A stretch of 32,000 nt of DNA, taken from contig NC_007681.1 of assembly GCF_000012545.1 (NCBI RefSeq), positions 1,050,001 through 1,082,000 of the forward strand, given 5' to 3'. Of the stretch, positions 18,330 through 25,658 are shown piece after piece; within the stretch, counting starts at the first letter, position 1; every line of letters begins with the position of its first letter. The stretch is from Methanosphaera stadtmanae DSM 3091 (lineage in GTDB: Archaea; Methanobacteriota; Methanobacteria; Methanobacteriales; Methanobacteriaceae). The notes beneath the pieces were generated by a model. The model was given only the letters and a program-made list of their open reading frames with translations, did no database searches and was not told where the DNA came from. Both the position numbers and the translations under genes were made by a program.

Positions 18330-18617
18330 ATGGTTCTTGATGCTTATATACCATTTATAGGACTACTAATATTTGGTAACATAGAAAACTTAATTTTAGC
18401 ATCACAAGGTGTAGTAAAAGGTGCTAATCCCTTAAAACTAGGAATAGCAAGTATAATATGTGTAATAATATGGTTAATTATAGGTACAATTGGTACTAAC
18501 TTAGCTATGGCATACTCAAATGTAATAGAATTTGTTGGTGGACTTGCAATATTCGTACTAGGTCTTCAATCAATGATAGAATCAGCAAGATACAACGAAG
18601 ATCCAGAATACAAATAA
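18330..18617 (+). CDS. 3-TM half-size membrane transporter subunit A (single-repeat unit, MntP/DUF204-like or UPF0016-like; family unresolved)
   Basis: 95 aa with three hydrophobic segments. It has an LLIFGNIENL motif in TM1 and EFVGGLAIFVLGLQSMIE in TM3. It is a paralogue of the next gene. Confidence 0.7.
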   Translation: MVLDAYIPFIGLLIFGNIENLILASQGVVKGANPLKLGIASIICVIIWLIIGTIGTNLAMAYSNVIEFVGGLAIFVLGLQSMIESARYNEDPEYK

Positions 18618-18623
18618 GGTGAT
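18617..18623 (+). promoter_or_regulatory. SD-like AGGTGAT, 3 nt before ATG 18627
   Basis: The read sequence is taAGGTGATtaaATG. It partly overlaps the stop of the preceding paralogue. Confidence 0.5.
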
Positions 18624-18626
18624 TAA

Positions 18627-18899
18627 ATGTCTTTTATAGATGAATACAAAGAATTTTGGGGATTATTAATATTTGGTAACATAGAAAACTTAGTTCTATC
18701 ATCACAAGGAGCAGTAGCTGGAGTAGATCCAATAATACTAGGTGGTCTAAGTCTATTAGCAGTTATAATCTGGTTCCTTATAGGTACTTTTGGAACAAAA
18801 GTAGCTATTAAATATGCAAGAGTAATTGAATTTATTGGTGGACTTGCAATATTCATATTAGGTCTTCAATCAATGCTTGAAGCAATAAACATATTATAA
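18627..18899 (+). CDS. 3-TM half-size membrane transporter subunit B (paralogue of 18330..18617)
   Basis: 90 aa. It has the same LLIFGNIENL and EFIGGLAIFILGLQSMLE blocks. Stretches are identical to subunit A at the DNA level (for example ttaatatttggtaacatagaaaactta in both). Confidence 0.7.
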   Translation: MSFIDEYKEFWGLLIFGNIENLVLSSQGAVAGVDPIILGGLSLLAVIIWFLIGTFGTKVAIKYARVIEFIGGLAIFILGLQSMLEAINIL

Positions 18900-18908
18900 G
18901 AATAACTA

Positions 18909-18915
18909 TTTTTTT
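18909..18915 (+). terminator. T7 tract 10 nt after the stop of the second half-transporter gene
   Basis: taagaataactaTTTTTTTct. Confidence 0.35.
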
Positions 18916-18922
18916 CTAATAC

Positions 18923-18998
18923 GGTATGTTCATAACAAAGGGAAAATATATAAAGAAAAATTTTAACTAATTCTTTTTTTTAAGTTATGAACATAACC
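18923..18998. repeat. 12-bp perfect inverted repeat (TATGTTCATAAC / GTTATGAACATA) with a 47-nt spacer, extendable to 14 bp with one bulge
   Basis: Arms 18925-18936 and 18984-18995 are exact reverse complements. GG (18923-4) can pair with CC (18997-8) across a bulged A. Confidence 0.6.
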
Positions 18999-19638
18999 TG
19001 TTATCATTTTAAAAGAGTGTTTAAAAAAAGTGGTAGAAAATTACTTACTTAGAATGATTAATTATAAAACATGACCTTAAATCTCTGTATCTTTAAAAAT
19101 CCATGATATTCATATGAATAATATCCAAGACATATCCAAACTTATCCATTGATAACACATATTGGATAATTATCAGCTATTTTTTCAAGTGGAGAAAATT
19201 CTCATTCTATAGTCTCCATACAATGTAGAAAACTTACTTGAATATATATTTTTTTACCAGATTTTTCACATAAAAAAAAAATCAACTTCCTTTTTTCCTA
19301 TAAGATCTTTACATTTAAATTTCATAGAAAAAGAGCTTCTTGTAGAAATTCAGTATAAATAGATATGGTTATGTAGTTTTTTTTTCATTTTTTAAATAAT
19401 TAGTTATACTTGTTTTTGAGAATGTTTGTCCAGTTGAATTCATTAAATACCTTACAAACCATTTAAATAAATCCAAATCAACACAATATGCATTGATACT
19501 TTTTTTCGTCTTTTACTTGTTTTATTTCATCAAAAAATGTATAATCTACTAGTTTTTTATATAAAAAGTTTATAATAATTCATATATCAAACTAGAATAA
19601 CAAAGTTACACATATAAAAAGGATAAGTAAAGAAGTAT

Positions 19639-22600
19639 CTACATACTTACAACATCATCCTCAATTCTAAGACTAGAATTATCAGAAAAATGAAGGCCTT
19701 GTATTACTTCAAAAATACTATTTTTTGTCTTATTAGACAATGATTTAAAACCAAATAGTAATGATACTTCTTTTGCCAAATCATCCACGCCCATAGAATA
19801 ATTTACTGATAAAACTTCCTTAATTGCAAGTTCTACCTCCTGAGCATATATATAATCTATATTTGGTTTTTCTCTAAATCTAACACATATCTCCACATTT
19901 GGATTTAAATAAAAACCATCCTTATGATAAATACCACTACGCATAAGTTTAGTAGAATCTGCTATTTTATCCACAGTTGCCTTAAATTTCTTTGTAGCCT
20001 TAACATTATAGACTTTTTTAAGACGATTATATAATTCTTCATCACAGATTGGAGATTCAACACTAATAATATCCTCAATAACCTCCAGAACACTATTTTT
20101 ATCTAAACTATAGAAGTCATAACATACTATACTATTTTCATAGTAAACATAATCCTCATTTAATTTAACATCCTCACATTTAACATACTCCACATGTTCA
20201 TCAACTGAATCCTCCACAGGTATTTCTACAGTGTTTATAGTAACTGTGTTTTTAGATGTTGAAGTATCACTTGGAGTATTTACTCCATCTCCACTAACCT
20301 CAGGTAAACTTTGAGTAGTATCTTCTATTTTAGTATTATCATCTAAGTATTGTGTTTTATCAGTAACTTCAAGTTTATCTGCTCTTGTCTCATTTTCTAC
20401 ATCAATTAGTGCCTTATCAATAGCTTCAAGTAAGGTATTTTTAGCATTTATTCTATTATAATACCAGTCTGTTGACCAGATTCTATGGAACTTCCATCCT
20501 AATCCTTCAAGCATATTTTGTCTGAGTCTATCACGATCCCTTGCAGATGCACTACTATGATATGATGCACCATCACATTCTATTCCAAGAACATAATTAT
20601 TAGAATCTTTTGGATTAACTATTGCTAAATCAATTCTATAACCTGCACATCCCACCTGTTTTGAAACAATATAGCCCTCATCAGTAAGGAAGTTATATAC
20701 AGATTCTTCAAATGGTGAGTCAAAATCTCCATCTGTTATGTAATTTGTTGAGAATTCCCCAGTTTCTGCATAGTAAAGATATTTACTAAGAGCCTGTACA
20801 CCACGTGGTGATGTAGTTTTAATCTTAGCCTTCATATCACCTGATTTGAAGTTACAAAATACTACACATTTTTCCTTTGCACGTGTTGTAAGTACATTTA
20901 AACGACGTTCTCCTCCATCCCTATTTAATGGTCCAAAACTTAGGGAAAGTTTATGATTGTTATCATATCCATATCCTATACTTATTAGTATAACATCCCT
21001 TTCATCTCCCTGAATATTTTCAATATTTTTAATAAAGAATCCATCAGATCCTTCTTCATTGAAGTATTTTTGTAATTCAGGATGTTTTTTAAGTTCTGCT
21101 TCAAGCTCTTCACTGATTGCATCTCTTTGTTTTGTACTAAAAGTACCTATACCTAAACTTTTACTATTTCCATACTTTTTAAAATGATTTATTGCATAGT
21201 TAATTACATCTCTTGCTTCTATTCTATTTTGACTACTTCCACCCCTATCATAGACACTATCCTTGTTGTAAACAAATTTAAGACCCAATTCATCACTATT
21301 CTTTGCAGGAGATGGGAATATACATAGTTCATTGTTATAGAATTCCATATTTGACACTGCTATTAGTGATTGATGACGACTTCTATAGTGACACTTTAGC
21401 ATACGTGATGGTAGTGATGATTTACATAGATGAAGAATACTTTCAACATCCTGTATATCAATATCATCATCACTTTCAATGTTTGTTTCAACATCAAAAA
21501 ATGATGTTGGTGGAAGTTGTTTTGTATCACCCATTATAACGTAGTGTTTTCCCCTAAGAAGTGCTCCAAGTGCATCTTCTACCTTCACTTGACTTGCTTC
21601 ATCGAATATTACATAGTCAAAGTAAGATTCATATTCATGTGTATCAAGGTATTGTGCAATGGATAGTGGACTCATTAAGAAGCATGGTTTTATATCAGTG
21701 ATTATTGTTTTACATTCTGTTAATAATTGTCTTATTGGTTTGAAATTTCGTTTCTTGTTTATTTCACGTGCCAGGATTCCCAGTGATGATGATGGATTTA
21801 TACTAGCATTCATGTTAGGTTTTTTACTGTCTAGTTTTTCACGTACCCTGTATTTATTTAGGTCTATGGTTTGTTTATCTAATTTCTTGAATTTTTCAAT
21901 GTTATTTTCATATAATGTGTCATTAAATTCTTGTAATGTTTCATTTTCAGTGTATGCCTCTTCAAGTATGTTATTTACCATTGTATATGTAAAAAGTGAT
22001 TGTATTGCTTCTGATTTTATTTTATCCTCTTTTACTAGTTCTATGAATTCATGGGTGTATTCATTGGAATATTCCTTAGCATATGTGTTAAATTGATTCC
22101 AATCATTTATTGTTGAAATACTGGAGTTTAATTTTTGTATTTCTGTTTTTATGTTTTCAAAGTCTGTGTTAAAGAGTATGTTTTTTGATAGATTATCCTT
22201 AAATCCAAGTATGTTATCTAAAAATTGGTATTTCTCATTTATTATATTGTAAGAATAGTCTATTGTTTGAATTATATCTTTTAGATTTGGTATATCTTCT
22301 GGATTTATATTCTTTAGTAAATTGAAGTCTTGTTTTGTTAAAAATTGTGTAAGTGTATCATATTCATCTTTAAATTCTATGATATTTGTATTGGTACCAT
22401 TCCATGTTGTGAAGTATGTATCTAGTAGTGAATTATTTTCTTCTATGAATTTTTCTAGTCTTTCTCTATTTAGTAGTAGATCTATGTGATATTCTAGTTC
22501 ATCTGGTGATTTAAATGGACTTTGATTGAATATATCTGCTACTTGTGTGTTGATTTGTGTTAACTTATCATTGTTTCTTAGAAGTTGTTCTAATTGGTAG

Positions 22601-24180
22601 ATTATTTCTTCATCTGTTAGATTGTTAAATGATGTGTATGGTAGTATCTTGTTTCTTATACTAATTAGTGTATCATTCCATGAGAATAATCTTTCAAAGT
22701 CCCTTATTATTACATCATCATCCACATTAACTTCATAGTATGATAATAATTCTTTTTTAGAGTTTTTATAATTCTTATTTAAGAATTTCATGAAGGAATC
22801 TTTTCCAGACTTGAATTTACGAAACTTATCTTCTATTGTATTATCATTTAATGCCTTTTTTATCTGTGATAATTCAATATTTTCCTTCATTTGTTTAAAG
22901 TCATCAAGAAGTCTTATAACATCACATTGTATGAATATGTCAGAGGATATTACAATATCTTTTTGGTTGTTGATAAGTGTTGAAAGTTCTTCTTTTATTT
23001 GACTAAGATTTATGTTGTATTCATTAATATTAAAGTTATATTTACCATGATAGTCTTCTAGTGCTATTGCTACTTCTTCTAGAATATCTTTATCTTCCAA
23101 GTAGTTTCTATTTGACAGTAGTATTGTTCCTGTCTGAATATATTCAGGAATATGGGTCATTGAATTTATAGTGTTAATTCCTACTTTTTGACTGAAATTA
23201 TTTATATTCTCCACTAGAATATCGATTGTATTTGTTATTTTTTCTGTTTTTATCTTAATATTATCAATATCATTTGGTAGTAATGTTTCTATTGATGTTG
23301 ACTTCCAGGGATTTGTATTTATTGGTGATATTAATGTGTAGAGTTGTGCTATTTTATCTATTTTATTAAGAAGGTCTCCCCAATCCTTTTTAGATAACTC
23401 TTTTAGTGGTGGAAGATTTATCTTATATATTTCCTGATTTTGTTTTTCAAGATTTTGATATTCCTCTTCATATATTCCTATTAATTGATAGATTGTCTTG
23501 TCACTATTTCCATACTTGGATTGTATAACTTCAATATAGTTATTTAATAATATTTTTATCTGTTGAAGTTTATCATAATCATCAAATGATTTCATTTTAA
23601 CAGAATCACATGTTAATGTCTTACTAATATCTGCTAGTAATTGTTTATTTCTTGTTTTATTATCATATAATCCAAGACAGTATGTTCCAAGTCCTATATC
23701 TTCCATTCTTTTTTCTACAACTTCAAGTGCTGCCTTTTTTTCACTGACAAATAATATTTTCTGATTATTTGCTAGTAATTCTGCTATGAGATTTACAATT
23801 GTTTGTGATTTTCCAGTACCAGGAGGTCCTTCCACTACAAGACTATGTCCCTTTTTTGCATCTTCAATTACTGCTATTTGTGAAGAATCTGCATCTACTA
23901 CATTGTATACATCTATTGGATTTAATTGTTTATCAATTGTGTTTGTGTCAAATGATTCAAAATTATCTGGTTCTTTAAGTCCAAAGATACGACCTATTTC
24001 ACCACTACCCACATTATCTGACCAGTTAGTAAGATCTAGATCATTGTACATTACAAATTTCTTAAAATTAAATGTACTTAGATACTTATCCCTTACTACA
24101 TTCCATGATGGTTTTGATTTAATTGCTTCTTTTACTTTATTTAGATATGTGTATATGTCATGTTTTGATTCTACTTTCAT
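19639..24180 (-). CDS. Upf1-like SF1 helicase (AAA_11/AAA_12 type) fused to a Vsr/DUF559-like PD-(D/E)xK endonuclease and a DUF3320-like C-terminal domain
   Basis: 1513 aa. Helicase motifs: Walker A GPPGTGKS (23806-23829), motif II DEASQ (21589-21603), GDTKQLPP, HYRSRH, QGDERDVILIS and RRLNVLTTRAK. The REase block is YRIDLAIV..LGIECDGASYH..RDRDRLRQNMLEGLGWKFHRIWSTDW (about 20461-20721). The DUF3320-like tail is at about 19642-20160. It is in frame with the upstream 241-aa ORF across a single TAG. Confidence 0.9.
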   Translation of the reverse strand: MKVESKHDIYTYLNKVKEAIKSKPSWNVVRDKYLSTFNFKKFVMYNDLDLTNWSDNVGSGEIGRIFGLKEPDNFESFDTNTIDKQLNPIDVYNVVDADSSQIAVIEDAKKGHSLVVEGPPGTGKSQTIVNLIAELLANNQKILFVSEKKAALEVVEKRMEDIGLGTYCLGLYDNKTRNKQLLADISKTLTCDSVKMKSFDDYDKLQQIKILLNNYIEVIQSKYGNSDKTIYQLIGIYEEEYQNLEKQNQEIYKINLPPLKELSKKDWGDLLNKIDKIAQLYTLISPINTNPWKSTSIETLLPNDIDNIKIKTEKITNTIDILVENINNFSQKVGINTINSMTHIPEYIQTGTILLSNRNYLEDKDILEEVAIALEDYHGKYNFNINEYNINLSQIKEELSTLINNQKDIVISSDIFIQCDVIRLLDDFKQMKENIELSQIKKALNDNTIEDKFRKFKSGKDSFMKFLNKNYKNSKKELLSYYEVNVDDDVIIRDFERLFSWNDTLISIRNKILPYTSFNNLTDEEIIYQLEQLLRNNDKLTQINTQVADIFNQSPFKSPDELEYHIDLLLNRERLEKFIEENNSLLDTYFTTWNGTNTNIIEFKDEYDTLTQFLTKQDFNLLKNINPEDIPNLKDIIQTIDYSYNIINEKYQFLDNILGFKDNLSKNILFNTDFENIKTEIQKLNSSISTINDWNQFNTYAKEYSNEYTHEFIELVKEDKIKSEAIQSLFTYTMVNNILEEAYTENETLQEFNDTLYENNIEKFKKLDKQTIDLNKYRVREKLDSKKPNMNASINPSSSLGILAREINKKRNFKPIRQLLTECKTIITDIKPCFLMSPLSIAQYLDTHEYESYFDYVIFDEASQVKVEDALGALLRGKHYVIMGDTKQLPPTSFFDVETNIESDDDIDIQDVESILHLCKSSLPSRMLKCHYRSRHQSLIAVSNMEFYNNELCIFPSPAKNSDELGLKFVYNKDSVYDRGGSSQNRIEARDVINYAINHFKKYGNSKSLGIGTFSTKQRDAISEELEAELKKHPELQKYFNEEGSDGFFIKNIENIQGDERDVILISIGYGYDNNHKLSLSFGPLNRDGGERRLNVLTTRAKEKCVVFCNFKSGDMKAKIKTTSPRGVQALSKYLYYAETGEFSTNYITDGDFDSPFEESVYNFLTDEGYIVSKQVGCAGYRIDLAIVNPKDSNNYVLGIECDGASYHSSASARDRDRLRQNMLEGLGWKFHRIWSTDWYYNRINAKNTLLEAIDKALIDVENETRADKLEVTDKTQYLDDNTKIEDTTQSLPEVSGDGVNTPSDTSTSKNTVTINTVEIPVEDSVDEHVEYVKCEDVKLNEDYVYYENSIVCYDFYSLDKNSVLEVIEDIISVESPICDEELYNRLKKVYNVKATKKFKATVDKIADSTKLMRSGIYHKDGFYLNPNVEICVRFREKPNIDYIYAQEVELAIKEVLSVNYSMGVDDLAKEVSLLFGFKSLSNKTKNSIFEVIQGLHFSDNSSLRIEDDVVSM

Positions 24181-24201
24181 GTCTGATGGAAGATTAATTC
24201 C

Positions 24202-24204
24202 CTA
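24202..24204 (-). other. in-frame amber (TAG) codon separating the DUF4011 ORF from the helicase ORF
   Basis: The minus strand reads AAA CTT CTA GAT TAG GGA ATT AAT CTT CCA TCA GAC ATG AAA GTA. The span 19639..24927 is 5289 nt, which is 1763 codons in one frame. Confidence 0.9.
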
Positions 24205-24927
24205 ATCTAGAAGTTTATGTTTTAGTGATAGGTTAAGGGATATTTCCTCACCTGTTGCTTTTATTGAAAATGGTGAATCTATGGATTGTCTTTCTATTTC
24301 AACAGGAATAAGTATGAGTGGAGCTTTATGTGTTGCTTCTTCATAATCTGTTTGTTTCCACTCGAGAAATCCTAGTGCTAAGTATAATGTGTTATATCCA
24401 GATTCCTGTATACTAGATTTATAGTATTGCATGAGTGAAAACAATCTTTTTTGTAATTCATTTTCTGTTAGATTTGTTTGAAGATAGAGGTCCCTGTATT
24501 TTTCTGGAATATTATCTAGATTTGTTGGCATCTGCCAGATATTAATATCTTCTGTACCACTTTGTAAATCATGTGTCTTTTCTGTTTTATGTGTATTTCT
24601 TGTATCTATTGATTTATTATGAGAGTCTTTTTTATCTAAATCAACATATTCTCCACTATCAACATATTCTTCATTAAATCTATTACTTTTATCTTCCAAT
24701 GTATATGTGTTTCTATTTGTGTCTTTTTTTGGTTTTGGAAGAAATTCCATACTATTTTCATCAACAATCAGTATATTATATAATTCTCCTATATCCTCAT
24801 CTATAATTGGTATGGTACGTTTTACTTCCTTGAAATTTAGTAGATTATTTCTTAATCCCATATCTAGAAGATTTTTACGTGAGGTATCAAAGATTTTATT
24901 AAATTCATTTGTTTTTGTCTCTTGCAT
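24202..24927 (-). CDS. DUF4011-like N-terminal module of the helicase-nuclease (separate ORF, or the 5' part of a gene disrupted by a nonsense codon)
   Basis: 241 aa with DUF4011-type blocks (RKNLLDMGLRNNLLNFKE, ESGYNTLYLALGFLEW, APLILIPVEIERQS..PFSIKATGEEISLNLSLKHKL). Confidence 0.75.
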   Translation of the reverse strand: MQETKTNEFNKIFDTSRKNLLDMGLRNNLLNFKEVKRTIPIIDEDIGELYNILIVDENSMEFLPKPKKDTNRNTYTLEDKSNRFNEEYVDSGEYVDLDKKDSHNKSIDTRNTHKTEKTHDLQSGTEDINIWQMPTNLDNIPEKYRDLYLQTNLTENELQKRLFSLMQYYKSSIQESGYNTLYLALGFLEWKQTDYEEATHKAPLILIPVEIERQSIDSPFSIKATGEEISLNLSLKHKLLD

Positions 24928-25067
24928 ATTATCACTAGAATTTCATTTTTTTAAAAAATTTTCTTTTTTATATATCAGATAAGATGTGAAATATGGTTAT
25001 TATTAATTATAATATGTTTTTTGTCATCTTTTTATTTACTAAAACATTCTATAAAGTTATTTATATT

Positions 25068-25556
25068 TTAACTATGTAATATATTTATTTTATCCCAATT
25101 AATTGATTTATTATTATTTAAATATTTTTCATCACAGTGAACCTTTAATACTTCACCAAAAAACACATCATGTGTTCCAGGCTTTAGACATTCTACAACC
25201 CTACATTCAAAATTCACAGGACACATATCAATAAGTGGAGCATTAATTAGTGTTGCATCTGTTGTGGAAATATTTTCTAATTTATTAGTATCTCTACCAG
25301 ATGTACTTCCCAAGTATTCTACTTCACTTTTAAGTTCTTCTGTTGCAATATTTACAACAAATTCTCCACTTTCTTTTATTATATGATGGGAATACCTAGT
25401 ATGTAATATTGCTATCATTATTATTCTGGGATTAAAACTTACATTTGCTATAAATCCAATTGATAAAGCATTATCACGTCCATCTTTATCCCTACAGGAG
25501 ATTATTACATGTGGCTCTGGATTTATAAAACTATTTGTTGTTGCATCTTTTTTCAT
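25068..25556 (-). CDS. flavin reductase-like FMN-binding domain protein
   Basis: 162 aa. The pattern is typical of the flavin-reductase-like split-barrel family (PHVIISCRDKDGRDNALSIGFIANVSFNPRIIMIAI..SHHIIKESGEFVVNI; APLIDMCPVNFECRVVE...GTHDVFFGEVLKVH). Confidence 0.7.
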   Translation of the reverse strand: MKKDATTNSFINPEPHVIISCRDKDGRDNALSIGFIANVSFNPRIIMIAILHTRYSHHIIKESGEFVVNIATEELKSEVEYLGSTSGRDTNKLENISTTDATLINAPLIDMCPVNFECRVVECLKPGTHDVFFGEVLKVHCDEKYLNNNKSINWDKINILHS

Positions 25557-25658
25557 AATAGTTATGTATGTTTTTATTAGAAATAAAATTATTTATCAAT
25601 ATGTGTCTATCAGTCATATGTAATGAGGAAATCTTAAAACTTAATAAGTAACATATAT

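Noticed and set aside
24202-24204. Genome-wide reassignment of TAG (for example pyrrolysine or sense recoding) as the explanation for the in-frame TAGs at 24202 and 30680
   Set aside because: TAG ends three other proteins here at what look like their natural C-termini: acd at 2321, the CapA-like gene at 6966 and the helicase gene at 19639. The IS remnant also carries an in-frame TAA and a frameshift, so ordinary decay explains it. No Pyl machinery can be assessed from this window, and the taxon inferred here is not one I know to use pyrrolysine.
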